A stretch of 32,000 bases of DNA from Clostridia bacterium (GCA_017416485.1 JAFQCH010000023.1:31262-63261); one strand, 5' to 3'. Counted from the stretch's first letter, positions 1 through 9,198 are shown. Notes: a model not told the origin generated them from the sequence alone. Numbers and translations: made by a program.

Positions 1-1201
1 CGTATTTCTTGACATAAACGTCAGTCAGTTGAGAAGATACAACTGCATTTACATCACATTCTTTTACAAGGCTTACGAATCTGCCGACGGCTGTCAGTGT
101 CAGCTCGGGATCGAGCATTTTTTCGTATCTTGCGCTGGCATCTGTACGAAGACCAAGGCGGGAAGAAGATTTTCTGACACAGATACCGTCAAAGTTGGCA
201 GATTCAAGCACAACCGAATTGCTGTTGTCAACGATTTCGGAATCAAGACCACCCATAATACCTGCAACAGCAACAGGCGTGTCGTTGTTGTAGATCATAA
301 GTGTGTTGGTGTCGATCTCACGTTCGGTTTCGTCGAGGGTTGTGAACTTCATGTCCTGTGCAGGGGTTTCAATGCGGATATGATCAATGTTGTTTGCATC
401 GAAGGCATGGGTCGGCTGACCGATTTCGAGCATGACGTAATTGGTGATATCGGCAAGCAGATTGATGGAACGCATACCGCAATAGAAAAGACGGATGCGG
501 ATATAATCGGGGCTTGTGGTGCGGTTGATGTTATCCATACGGATGCAGGAATAACGGTATACAAGATCTTCGCGGACCACAGTAACGGGAACCGCATAGT
601 CTTTATCGCAGGAAAGATCACCGAGGGTGAGGGGCTTGAGTTCTCTGCCTGTCAGTGCCGAAAATTCGCGTGCAATGCCGTAGTGACCCCACAGGTCGGG
701 GCGGTTTGTAAGGGACTTGTTGTCCACTTCAAAAATGATATCATCAATCGGAAAAACATCCTTGATGTCAGTGCCGACAACAAGAGAGTCATCAAGAATC
801 ATAAGACCGCTGTGGTCATCGCTGATGCCCAGTTCGTGTTCGGAGCAGCACATACCTTCCGATTCAAAGCCTGCTACCTTGCATTTTTTGATTTCCATGC
901 CGGGAACGCAGCCGCCTGCTTTGACAAAGGGGATTTTAATGTTCAGTGCGGCATTGGGTGCACCGCAGACAACATCATAAATTCTGTCGCCGCCATCCAC
1001 TTTCAGCAGATGCAGCTTTTTGGAATCGGGATGATTTTCAATAGAAATGATCTGACCGACAACAACGTCTTTCAGTTCTTTGCCTTTATAAATAATGTCT
1101 TCCACTTCAGCTGTAGCGAGGGTGAAGCGGTGAATGAGATTTTCAATATCCAATCCGTCAAGATTCACATAATCGCGAATCCAATTCATAGAAACAAACA
1201 T
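1..1201 (-). CDS. pheT: Phenylalanine--tRNA ligase beta subunit, N-terminal ~400 codons (gene continues past window start)
   Basis: My translation of the minus strand from ATG 1201..1199 gives MFVSMNWIRDYVNLDG...HPDSKKLHLLKVD...NRPDLWGHYGIAREF. These are typical PheT tRNA-binding and B3/B4 motifs. It is open to position 1. AAGGAGG RBS at about 1209-1216. It lies 13 nt downstream of the pheS stop. It is absent from the ORF track because it is edge-truncated. Confidence 0.9.
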   Translation of the reverse strand, partial: MFVSMNWIRDYVNLDGLDIENLIHRFTLATAEVEDIIYKGKELKDVVVGQIISIENHPDSKKLHLLKVDGGDRIYDVVCGAPNAALNIKIPFVKAGGCVPGMEIKKCKVAGFESEGMCCSEHELGISDDHSGLMILDDSLVVGTDIKDVFPIDDIIFEVDNKSLTNRPDLWGHYGIAREFSALTGRELKPLTLGDLSCDKDYAVPVTVVREDLVYRYSCIRMDNINRTTSPDYIRIRLFYCGMRSINLLADITNYVMLEIGQPTHAFDANNIDHIRIETPAQDMKFTTLDETEREIDTNTLMIYNNDTPVAVAGIMGGLDSEIVDNSNSVVLESANFDGICVRKSSSRLGLRTDASARYEKMLDPELTLTAVGRFVSLVKECDVNAVVSSQLTDVYVKKY

Positions 1202-1214
1202 TCTTTTTCCCTCC

Positions 1215-2243
1215 TTATTTGTCGTTGAACTGGGACAGTGCTTTCAGGTTGCCTTCGTTGAATACGCGGATATCCTTGATGCCGTATTTCATCATGGCAA
1301 GACGGGTAAGACCGAGACCGAATGCAAAACCCGTGTATTTTTCGGTGTCAATACCACCGTATTTGAGAACATTGGGATGAATCATGCCGCAGGGGCAAAG
1401 CTCAAGCCAGCCGGAGTTCTTGCAGGACGGACAGCCGTCACCGTTGCAGATCAGACACTGAATGTCAAGTTCAAAACCGGGCTCAACAAAGGGGAAGAAA
1501 CCGGGACGAAGACGCACTTTGATATCTCTCTTGAAAACTTCTGAAAGCATGGTCTTCATGAAGTAAATAAGGTTGGAAATGGAAATGCCTTCGTCAATCA
1601 TTAGACCTTCCATCTGGAAGAATGTATTTTCGTGGCAGGCATCGATTTTTTCATTACGGAAACAACGGCCGGGGAAAATCGCACGAACAGGTGCACCGTA
1701 CTTCTTCATAATTGTATTCTGCGCAGCACTTGTATGGGTTTTAAGCAACTGACCGCTGCTCAGATAATAGGTATCCTGCATATCTCTTGCGGGATGATGT
1801 TTCGGAATATTGAGTGCTTCAAAGCAGTTGAAGTCATCCGTGATTTCGGAATAATCTTCAATGTGGAAGCCCATGCTTGTGAAGATGTCTTCGAGTTCTC
1901 TCTGAACGAGTGTGATGGGATGATAAGAACCCTCCTGCGTCAACATGGGAAGAGATTCGTCATAGCTCTCGGTTGCATTGATCAGGGCTTCTTCTTCAGC
2001 CTTCTTCAGCTCTGCAAGTTTAGCCTGCATGGAAGATTCAATGTGCTGTTTAAGCTCGTTGATGAGCTGACCGACTTCTTTTTTCTGCTCATTGGGAACA
2101 TTTTTCAGCTCTGTCATCAATGCGGCGACAGCACCTTTTTTGCCCATAAATTCAATGCGCACTGCATCAATTTCGGCAGATGCCTGCACGAGGCTAAGCT
2201 TTTCGTCAAATGCGGCTTTGAGTTGTTGCGTTTTTGCAATCAT
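1215..2243 (-). CDS. pheS: Phenylalanine--tRNA ligase alpha subunit
   Basis: ORF 1215..2420. The real start is the internal ATG at 2243 (MIAKTQQLKAAFDEKL...), preceded by a GGAGGA RBS. The 59 upstream codons of the track ORF translate the T-box leader. Class II aaRS core motifs are present (FPGRCFRNE, GFAFGLGLTRLAM). Confidence 0.95.
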   Translation of the reverse strand: MIAKTQQLKAAFDEKLSLVQASAEIDAVRIEFMGKKGAVAALMTELKNVPNEQKKEVGQLINELKQHIESSMQAKLAELKKAEEEALINATESYDESLPMLTQEGSYHPITLVQRELEDIFTSMGFHIEDYSEITDDFNCFEALNIPKHHPARDMQDTYYLSSGQLLKTHTSAAQNTIMKKYGAPVRAIFPGRCFRNEKIDACHENTFFQMEGLMIDEGISISNLIYFMKTMLSEVFKRDIKVRLRPGFFPFVEPGFELDIQCLICNGDGCPSCKNSGWLELCPCGMIHPNVLKYGGIDTEKYTGFAFGLGLTRLAMMKYGIKDIRVFNEGNLKALSQFNDK

Positions 2244-2259
2244 ATCTTTGTCCTCCTGA

Positions 2260-2505
2260 AAAAAATAAACTCCGTCCCGAACAACGGGACGAAGTATCAC
2301 TTCGCGGTACCACCCGAATTCCTGCAAATACAATTTTGCAGGCACTCTTTGACCCTGTAACGGAGGTCTTCCGTCTGCACCTACTGTTATTTCAGTGAGC
2401 CGCTCCCGGGTGAACTTCACCGTATCGCCGACAGAATGCTTACAGCCACAGGCATTCCTCTCTGCAAGACGACTTGTTTACGGTTACTCTCCCGTTCCTT
2501 GCGTT
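2260..2505 (-). promoter_or_regulatory. T-box riboswitch leader (Phe specifier UUC) with intrinsic terminator
   Basis: All read on the minus strand. AGAGTA and CAGAGAG stem I elements. Specifier-loop-like GGUGAAG-UUC-A (UUC = complement of 2412-2414). Canonical T-box sequence AAUUCGGGUGGUACCGCGAAG (complement of 2300-2320). Terminator stem UCGUCCCG/CGGGACGG (2272-2293) followed by a U-run (complement of 2260-2267). Confidence 0.85.
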
Positions 2506-2514
2506 TTCCGAAAT

Positions 2515-2542
2515 ATTATATCATAAATATTAAAAAAATCAA
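2515..2542 (-). promoter_or_regulatory. Sigma-A type promoter for the T-box/pheST transcript
   Basis: Minus strand: TTGATT (2542-2537), 16-nt spacer, TGATATAAT extended -10 (TATAAT = 2520-2515). Confidence 0.6.
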
Positions 2543-2566
2543 GCATTAAATTTAAAATTATGTGCA

Positions 2567-2595
2567 TTGACATGATTGTCAAGATTTGGTATGAT
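2567..2595 (+). promoter_or_regulatory. Sigma-A type promoter for the HAD/GH13 operon
   Basis: TTGACA 2567-2572, 17-nt spacer, TATGAT 2590-2595. It lies 27 nt upstream of ATG 2622. Confidence 0.65.
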
Positions 2596-2621
2596 ATCTT
2601 TTAAAGAGAGGTAGTAAAAAA

Positions 2622-3410
2622 ATGGACAAAAATTTGTATTCCGATATCAAATGCTTTATCGTCGATATGGACGGCACGTTCTATCTTGGTGATAATCTTC
2701 TTGACGGTGCACTCGATTTTGCGAAAGCCGTCAAAGAAAAGGGAAAGCGCTTTTTCTTTTTTACCAACAATTCTTCCCACGAAGCCGGGAAGGTTGCAGA
2801 AAAGCTTAATCGTCTGGGCTATGCGGCTGAAAAAGAGGACATCATCATTTCTTCCCATGTCTGCATTGATTTTCTTAAACGCAACCGTCCGGATAAGACC
2901 GTGTATCTGCTCGGCAATGAAAATATGACAGCAGATTTTATTGAAGCCGGCATTCCGATGGTTGATGAAAATCCCGATATTGTCGTGCTCGGTTTTGACA
3001 CCACGCTGACTTACGAAAAGATCCGCAAAGCCGCCCTGTTTATTGCAGACGGCAAAGAATACATTGCAACGCACCCCGATAAGAATTGTCCGCTGAAAGA
3101 CGGATTTATGCTTGACACGGGTTCCATGATCGCTATGTTTGCGGCATCGACCGGCAGAGAACCCGATCTCATTATGGGCAAACCCTATGCCTTCACTGTC
3201 GATTATGTCTGCAACAAGATCGGTTGCAACCGTGACGAAATTGCTTTCGTCGGCGACAGACTGGAAACCGATATTGCCATCGGTGCCTTGAACGGGCTGA
3301 AAACCGCACTTGTTTACACGGGTGTAACTTCTCCCGAACTTTATGAAACATCGGAAATCCGCGCCACGGGCGCTTTTAAGAACTTAGGCGAACTGAGTTT
3401 GTATGTTTAA
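2622..3410 (+). CDS. HAD-superfamily subfamily IIA hydrolase (NagD-like sugar-phosphate phosphatase)
   Basis: DMDGT nucleophile motif near the N-terminus (FIVDMDGTFYLG), FFTNNS motif II, GKP and GDRLETD motifs. The length of 262 aa is typical of HAD-IIA. Confidence 0.85.
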   Translation: MDKNLYSDIKCFIVDMDGTFYLGDNLLDGALDFAKAVKEKGKRFFFFTNNSSHEAGKVAEKLNRLGYAAEKEDIIISSHVCIDFLKRNRPDKTVYLLGNENMTADFIEAGIPMVDENPDIVVLGFDTTLTYEKIRKAALFIADGKEYIATHPDKNCPLKDGFMLDTGSMIAMFAASTGREPDLIMGKPYAFTVDYVCNKIGCNRDEIAFVGDRLETDIAIGALNGLKTALVYTGVTSPELYETSEIRATGAFKNLGELSLYV

Positions 3411-3423
3411 GGAGGAAAAGAAA

Positions 3424-5100
3424 ATGTCTGAAATCAAAAGAACATGGTGGAAAGAAATGGCTGTTTATCAGGTCTGGCCTCGTTCATTCTGTGACGGTAA
3501 CGGCGACGGCATCGGCGACCTGAAGGGTGTTCTTTCCAAACTCGATTACATCAAAAGCCTCGGTGTGGATGCGATCTGGTTTTCACCGCTTTATAAATCC
3601 CCGCAGGCTGACTACGGCTATGACATTGCTGATTATCGTGACATTCAGCCCGAATACGGCACGCTCGAAGAATTCAAGACCGTGCTTGACGAAGCCCACA
3701 AACGCGGACTGAAAGTCATCATGGACCTTGTTGTCAATCACACTTCCAATCAGCATGAATGGTTCCTTGAAAGTAAAAAGGGCAAAGATAACCCCTATTA
3801 TGACTACTATTTCTGGCGCAAGGGCAAAGGTAACAGAAGACCCAACAACTGGATGTCCACTTTTGCAGGCCCCGCATGGGAATATGACAAGGAAGCAGGG
3901 GAATACTACCTGCATCTGTTTGCCGTTGAACAGCCCGACCTGAACATGGACAACCCGAAAGTCCGTGAAGAAGTCAAGGACATTATGCGTTATTGGCTCG
4001 ATATGGGTGTTGACGGCTTCCGTGAAGACGTTATCACGTTCATTTCAAAAACCGAAGGTCTGCCCTCGAGTCCGTATTGGTTCCCCGTGGCTACCGGCAT
4101 GGAACACTACATGGGCGGCCCGCATCTGGATGAATACCTGCAGGAATTCAAGGATGATGTTCTGAGCAAGTATGATTGCATGACCGTCGGTGAAGCACCG
4201 ATGATGACCATCAAAAAGGCATTGCATCATATTACGGAAGGCCCGAAACAGCAGTTGAATATGATGTTCCATTTTGAACACATGGCAGCCGACTGTCTTT
4301 TCTACAGCTGGTTCAAAGCACCGTTCAGCCTGAAAAAACTGAAAAAAGTTTACACCCGTTGGCAGAAAGGACTGTACGGCAGGGCATGGAATGCAAACTA
4401 TATTGAAAACCATGACCAGCCCCGTATTGTCAACCGTTACGGCAGTCTGAAATACAGAGAAGCAAGTGCAAAAATGCTTGCAACTATGTATATTTGTCAG
4501 TCCGGTACCCCCTTTATTTATCAGGGACAGGAAATCGGTATGACCAACATCAGACTCAACTCCATTGACGATTATGTGGACGTTTCCACCATCAACAACT
4601 ACGGTGTTGCAAAAGCCATCATGGGTAAAAAGAAGGCACTTGAACTTGCCAACTATGCTTCCCGTGACAACGCAAGAACCCCTGTTCAGTGGGACGACAG
4701 CAAGAACGCAGGCTTTACAACGGCGGAAAAGCCTTGGTTCTTTATTAACGAAAACTACAAAGAAATCAACGTTGCCGCGCAGGAAAACGATGAAAATTCC
4801 ATTCTGAATTACTACCGTAAACTTCTCAAATTCAGAAAAGAAAATGATATCGTCATTTACGGTGACTATGATGAACATTTTGCAGAAAGCGACAAGCTGT
4901 TCTGCTACTCCCGTTCTCTCGACGGCAAGAGAATGCTCGTTGCCTGCTCATTCAGCGAAGAACCCTTCCTGTTTGAAGCACCCAAGGGCTTTGATCTTAC
5001 TAAGGGCACACTGGCAATGACCAACTACGATATTGATGCACTGTACGGTAACGGCTTCTGCCTGCAACCCTATGAGTGCCGCGTTTATATGTTTGATTGA
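3424..5100 (+). CDS. GH13 alpha-glucosidase (oligo-1,6-glucosidase / phosphotrehalase-like)
   Basis: WWKEMAVYQVWPRSF, DLVVNHTS, GVDGFREDV, TVGEAP and ENHDQPR correspond to GH13 conserved regions I-IV. I place the start at ATG 3424 behind AAGGAGG (3409-3415), not at the track start 3403. Confidence 0.9.
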   Translation: MSEIKRTWWKEMAVYQVWPRSFCDGNGDGIGDLKGVLSKLDYIKSLGVDAIWFSPLYKSPQADYGYDIADYRDIQPEYGTLEEFKTVLDEAHKRGLKVIMDLVVNHTSNQHEWFLESKKGKDNPYYDYYFWRKGKGNRRPNNWMSTFAGPAWEYDKEAGEYYLHLFAVEQPDLNMDNPKVREEVKDIMRYWLDMGVDGFREDVITFISKTEGLPSSPYWFPVATGMEHYMGGPHLDEYLQEFKDDVLSKYDCMTVGEAPMMTIKKALHHITEGPKQQLNMMFHFEHMAADCLFYSWFKAPFSLKKLKKVYTRWQKGLYGRAWNANYIENHDQPRIVNRYGSLKYREASAKMLATMYICQSGTPFIYQGQEIGMTNIRLNSIDDYVDVSTINNYGVAKAIMGKKKALELANYASRDNARTPVQWDDSKNAGFTTAEKPWFFINENYKEINVAAQENDENSILNYYRKLLKFRKENDIVIYGDYDEHFAESDKLFCYSRSLDGKRMLVACSFSEEPFLFEAPKGFDLTKGTLAMTNYDIDALYGNGFCLQPYECRVYMFD

Positions 5101-5130
5101 TTCTAAATTTTCGCAGGAGGCTGTGAAGCA

Positions 5131-6084
5131 ATGGCTGTAATCAGAAAAGAAGCATACTATTCTTCCGCAAACGGCAGAAACATGATCCGCACACTCATCT
5201 GGCAGGATGATGAAATTGCCCCCGTTGCCGTGGTGCAGATTGCACACGGTGTGATGGAACACATCGGCAGATATGATGAATTTGCAAGATTTCTTGCAGG
5301 TCTTGGCTTTGTTGTGTGCGGCAATGACCATCTCGGACACGGAAAAAGCGTTGCGGATGAAGATGAACTCGGCTATATTGACGAAGAAGACGGTTATGTT
5401 TATATTGTGCGTGATATGAACACGCTTTATAAGATCATGCACAAGCGTTTTGCAGATCTTCCGTATTTTCTGTTCGGACACAGCCTCGGCTCCTTCCTTG
5501 CCAAAATCTATGCCGCCAATTTCGGACATGAACTTGCAGGGCTGATTCTCTGCGGCACTGGGCTTTTGCCGCCCGTTGTATCCATGTTTGACGGTGCACT
5601 GGAAGATATCGTAAGCAGACTCGGCGGTGCAGGTTCGCAGTTGCAGTTTATTAACAATTTGACGGGGAAGGTATCTGCCAAAGCCTATGGCGAAGATGAT
5701 GAATTTGCATGGCTTTCTCAGAACAAGGAAAACCGTGAAGAATACCGCAATGATCCTCTTTGCGGCTTTGCACTCAAAAACGCAGGCACCAAGAATGTCG
5801 CCATGATCGGCATCAAGGGTTGTGACCCCAAATGGGCAGAACAGATTCCCGAAGACCTTCCCGTTATGCTGATTTCAGGTGCAAAAGACCCTGTTGGCAT
5901 GAATGGAAAAGGGGTACTCGATCTGTCCGATCAGTTGGTTACGGCAGGGCATGACCCCGTTGTCATTCTGTATCCCGTAGATCGCCATGAAATTCTGCAT
6001 GAAGACGACAAGGAACGTGTGTTTGCAGATGTTGCCAACTTCCTGAAAGCCTGCTTGCAGGACGTTTCGTTCTACGATCTGTGA
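5131..6084 (+). CDS. Alpha/beta hydrolase (lysophospholipase / monoacylglycerol-lipase-like)
   Basis: GHSLGS nucleophile elbow, an HGxxEH..RY motif near the N-terminus and a C-terminal DRHEILHE histidine. AGGAGG RBS upstream. Confidence 0.8.
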   Translation: MAVIRKEAYYSSANGRNMIRTLIWQDDEIAPVAVVQIAHGVMEHIGRYDEFARFLAGLGFVVCGNDHLGHGKSVADEDELGYIDEEDGYVYIVRDMNTLYKIMHKRFADLPYFLFGHSLGSFLAKIYAANFGHELAGLILCGTGLLPPVVSMFDGALEDIVSRLGGAGSQLQFINNLTGKVSAKAYGEDDEFAWLSQNKENREEYRNDPLCGFALKNAGTKNVAMIGIKGCDPKWAEQIPEDLPVMLISGAKDPVGMNGKGVLDLSDQLVTAGHDPVVILYPVDRHEILHEDDKERVFADVANFLKACLQDVSFYDL

Positions 6085-6848
6085 TGACATTGAGAAAGAA
6101 CAAAAACGGACGGTATCCCTTGTTTGATACCGTCCGCGGTTTGTGCATTGCGGGCATGGTGCTTTACCATGCCCTTTTTGACTGTGTATTTATGTTCGGT
6201 CTGTTCGATATTTCCGCGGAAATGATGCAGCCTGTTTTGTATATCCGTGATTTCGGCTGTATGCTGTTTGTTCTGCTTGCTGGTATGTGCGAACACTTCG
6301 GTAAACAAAAATATAAACGTGCCGTTATGTTGCTTTTGCTTGGTGCGGTTATCAGTCTGATTTCTTATCTTTTTATGCCCCAACAGCCTGTTGTGTTCGG
6401 TGTTCTGACATTTTTAGGTATCGCATCCATCCTTTTGCAACCGCTGAAAAAGTTCATATTGAAATACAATTATATTATCACACGATTATTGTTGCTTGCC
6501 ATATTTCTGCTCTTATTTAATGCCGCATACGGTACATTCGGAGTGTTCGGATTGCATTTCGGTACATTGCCCGATGTTTTGTATGCCAATACCTTGACGG
6601 CAATTTTAGGTTTTCCGCCAGCAGATTTCGCATCCTCCGATTATTTCCCGATCATCCCGTGGATGTTTTTGTATCTGTTCGGATTTTGCCTGTATCCTGT
6701 TTTGCAGAAAAGCAGAATGTTTGAAAAGATTTCCGCAATCAATATACAACCGTTTTCCTTTATCGGGCGGTACTCACTATGGTTTTATCTCGCACACCAG
6801 CCGGTTATTATGACAATGTTATTTGCAATATCTGAATTCATAAAATAA
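6084..6848 (+). CDS. DUF1624 (heparan-alpha-glucosaminide N-acetyltransferase-like) polytopic membrane protein
   Basis: N-terminal RYPLFDTVRGLCIAGMVLYH signature followed by multiple hydrophobic segments. The start ATG 6084 overlaps the upstream stop (TGATG). GTG 6081 is an alternative start. Confidence 0.7.
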   Translation: MTLRKNKNGRYPLFDTVRGLCIAGMVLYHALFDCVFMFGLFDISAEMMQPVLYIRDFGCMLFVLLAGMCEHFGKQKYKRAVMLLLLGAVISLISYLFMPQQPVVFGVLTFLGIASILLQPLKKFILKYNYIITRLLLLAIFLLLFNAAYGTFGVFGLHFGTLPDVLYANTLTAILGFPPADFASSDYFPIIPWMFLYLFGFCLYPVLQKSRMFEKISAINIQPFSFIGRYSLWFYLAHQPVIMTMLFAISEFIK

Positions 6849-6877
6849 CAGCACCCGACTTTTGCCGGATGCTGTTT
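6849..6877. terminator. Hairpin between convergent genes (possible bidirectional terminator)
   Basis: CAGCA(C)CCG ... CGG(A)TGCTG stem at 6849-6874, followed by only TTT. It sits between the stops at 6848 (+) and 6880 (-). Confidence 0.45.
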
Positions 6878-6879
6878 GC

Positions 6880-7761
6880 TTATATTTCAGCTAATACCTT
6901 TTCAAATGCTTCCAAAAATCTGTCATTTCGGTCATTGCCGCCCGTTGAACAACAACCGTGCCAGGATATGCCGACTCGTTTTGATTTTGAATAGGCAACC
7001 ATTTGACCTCTTCCACCTGTCTTCACGAAAATGTCGGTTTCTCTGAACGGTGTCCATGCGTAGTCGTTCGCGGCGGAAAGTTCGATCCATTCTTTTGAAA
7101 TGAGCTGCTTGCCGTTGCAAATGCCTTTGTTTGCATAAAGATACGCAAATCTTGCCATGTCGTCACTGCGGGCATACAGAGCGCCACCGCCGATGGGATG
7201 TCCTTGCGGGCAACAACCAAAAGCACATTCGTGGAAGCCGATGGGGTTTAACAGCTTTTCAAGCAGGAATTTATCAGCAGTCTGACCGCTGACCGCATGA
7301 ATAATGCGTGACAAAAGATAATATGCCGCATCGGAATACTGTCTGAATGTGCCCGGTTCATGCACAAGTTTTACAGAGAAGATATGCTTTAAAAAGTCAT
7401 CCCCGATAGTATCTCTTGAATCGGGCTCATCAATTCCTTTTAATCCGCTTCCTTCGCCGAGTCCCATTTTATGCTGCAAGGCATATTCGATCGTGACACA
7501 ATTCCAACGCTCGTCGATCTGTTCGGGCAGGTCTTCTTTTTTGAAAAAAGATAACACGCAATCATTCAAACTCAATTTGTTTTCATCACGCAGAATACCG
7601 ATGCCTGCGGCAATAATTGCCTTTGTTGCGGAATGGCTGTTATTGCACTCGTTTGAATCTGTATTGCGATGCCATTCCACGCCGTCAGCCGAAGCGATGC
7701 CGACATCAAACAGGGGATGCCCGTCGTCGGGAATGTAAGACAAAAATTTCTCCATTAACAT
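6880..7761 (-). CDS. Beta-lactamase-fold serine hydrolase (class C / esterase EstB-like), cytoplasmic
   Basis: S-x-x-K motif (SATK), YSD (Y-x-N-like) and KTG motifs in the expected order. No signal peptide. Confidence 0.8.
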   Translation of the reverse strand: MLMEKFLSYIPDDGHPLFDVGIASADGVEWHRNTDSNECNNSHSATKAIIAAGIGILRDENKLSLNDCVLSFFKKEDLPEQIDERWNCVTIEYALQHKMGLGEGSGLKGIDEPDSRDTIGDDFLKHIFSVKLVHEPGTFRQYSDAAYYLLSRIIHAVSGQTADKFLLEKLLNPIGFHECAFGCCPQGHPIGGGALYARSDDMARFAYLYANKGICNGKQLISKEWIELSAANDYAWTPFRETDIFVKTGGRGQMVAYSKSKRVGISWHGCCSTGGNDRNDRFLEAFEKVLAEI

Positions 7762-7793
7762 AAACTCATACCTCTTGCAATGTTCTTAATTAT

Positions 7794-7822
7794 ACTATAA
7801 ATTGTTATAATCGGAATGTCAA
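7794..7822 (-). promoter_or_regulatory. Sigma-A type promoter for the serine hydrolase gene
   Basis: Minus strand: TTGACA (7822-7817), 17-nt spacer, TATAGT (7799-7794). Confidence 0.55.
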
Positions 7823-7829
7823 TATTGTG

Positions 7830-7858
7830 TTGACTCATACTCTTGAAAGTGTTAAAAT
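7830..7858 (+). promoter_or_regulatory. Sigma-A type promoter for the SGNH hydrolase gene
   Basis: TTGACT 7830-7835, 17-nt spacer, TAAAAT 7853-7858. Confidence 0.6.
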
Positions 7859-7882
7859 ATAAACCAAAAGGAGGTAATTTCT

Positions 7883-8506
7883 ATGAAAACAATTCTTTTT
7901 CAGGGCGATTCCATAACCGATGTCGGCCGTTCCAGAAGCAATGACAATGAAAGAGGACTTGGTTATCCGCATCTTGTTTCTGCAAGACTCGGTCTTGACA
8001 ATCCCGAAGAATATAACTTCATCAACCGCGGCATCAGCGGCAATCGCATTGTGGATGTTTATGCCAGAATCAAATGCGACATTACCAATCTGCAACCCGA
8101 TTTTTTGTCAATTCTCATTGGTATCAATGATGTCTGGCATGAACTCGGCTGCCGGAACGGTGTTCCTGCTGAGAAATTTGAAAAAATTTATTCCATGCTC
8201 ATTGAAGAAATCAAGGATGCATGCCCCGATATTAAGATTATGCTGATGGAACCGTTTGTTCTGCCCGGCCCCGCAACAGTTGAAAATTGGGAATATTTTG
8301 AAAACGAAACAAAACTGCGCGCCGAAGCTGTTAAACGCATTGCAGAAAAATATGACCTTGCATTTTTGCCCTTGCAGAATTTGCTTGATGAAGCCTGCGA
8401 AAAAGCACCCGCCGTCTACTGGCTGGCCGACGGTGTGCATCCCACCGCATTCGGTCATGAACTCATTGCCCGCGAATGGTGCAAAAAGTTTGAGGAAATG
8501 CAATAA
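7883..8506 (+). CDS. SGNH/GDSL-family hydrolase (esterase/lipase)
   Basis: Block I GDSITD at residues 8-13, GISGN block II, and a C-terminal DGVHPT block V (catalytic Asp/His). AAGGAGG RBS. Confidence 0.85.
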   Translation: MKTILFQGDSITDVGRSRSNDNERGLGYPHLVSARLGLDNPEEYNFINRGISGNRIVDVYARIKCDITNLQPDFLSILIGINDVWHELGCRNGVPAEKFEKIYSMLIEEIKDACPDIKIMLMEPFVLPGPATVENWEYFENETKLRAEAVKRIAEKYDLAFLPLQNLLDEACEKAPAVYWLADGVHPTAFGHELIAREWCKKFEEMQ

Positions 8507-9135
8507 TGGCATTGCAAGATTATATTGCCGGCTATATATCAGGTTTTGATTTTTTATTCAGCCGACAAATTAGAACCGAGGTCAGTGGTGTTTGTATTCG
8601 GATTTCTGTTGCAGAGTATCGGAGAGAACATGCACACCGTCAAAAAGCAGATGTCGTGCTTTCAAAAGGCGGAATACAATATGAATGTGAATGCATTGAA
8701 GAACATAATTGGGATGAACTGTTTTATCCTGTGACTTTAAGCGGACAGAACTTTCTTTGTTTTCGCAAAACGCTGTACGGTTTTACATTGCTGGATGCTG
8801 AAACACTCACGGAAGTGTATGATTATTTTCCTGAAAAGGTACAACATGGGGAGGAGTCATTCATTGTCTGCGATGCGTATACATTCGGTGATTTTTTAAT
8901 CTTTCACGGCTGTTATTGGGCTTGTCCGTGTGAAGTGTTTGCTTTTGATTATAAAAATCAATTATCCGCTAATGTTTCAATGTATGTTGGAATGTGGTCG
9001 GTTGATTCCTTTAAGATCGAAAATAATCGGCTTGTGCTTGACGGTACGGATGAGGATGATATACCTTTGCATTTCTCACTTTCTTTGGATGATATATTGC
9101 AATGTTTTTATGATGTTGCAAGCAATGAATTTTAA
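8506..9135 (+). CDS. Hypothetical cytoplasmic Cys-rich protein, no family recognised
   Basis: 209-aa ORF whose ATG overlaps the SGNH stop (TAATG). No signal peptide or transmembrane segment. Contains ECEC and GCYWACPC motifs. Low GC relative to its neighbours. Coding status rests on ORF length and coupling only. Confidence 0.55.
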   Translation: MALQDYIAGYISGFDFLFSRQIRTEVSGVCIRISVAEYRREHAHRQKADVVLSKGGIQYECECIEEHNWDELFYPVTLSGQNFLCFRKTLYGFTLLDAETLTEVYDYFPEKVQHGEESFIVCDAYTFGDFLIFHGCYWACPCEVFAFDYKNQLSANVSMYVGMWSVDSFKIENNRLVLDGTDEDDIPLHFSLSLDDILQCFYDVASNEF

Positions 9136-9144
9136 GCAAAATGA

Positions 9145-9184
9145 AACCGCACAGAATCAAAATGGTTCCGTGCGGTTGCATTTT
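9145..9184. terminator. Hairpin between convergent genes (possible bidirectional terminator)
   Basis: AACCGCAC (9145-9152) pairs with GTGCGGTT (9170-9177). It is followed by GCATTTTA. Confidence 0.5.
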
Positions 9185-9198
9185 ATGTAGATTGCAAA

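Noticed and set aside
29-1228. 399-aa plus-strand ORF at the window start. Similar cases: 1632..2360, 4045..4878, 9274..9879, 24980..25612, 25825..26373, 26652..27347, 29245..30102 and 31087..31671.
   Set aside because: All are codon-aligned antisense frames of well-supported genes (pheT, pheS, GH13, lipase, pseudouridine synthase, ThuA, Mrp, surface protein). All have junk-like compositions. I treat them as shadow ORFs.
2244-2420. N-terminal 59 codons of the track's pheS ORF (MKFTRERLTEITVG...).
   Set aside because: This stretch is the T-box leader, including the T-box motif and terminator. The proper start with an RBS is ATG 2243.
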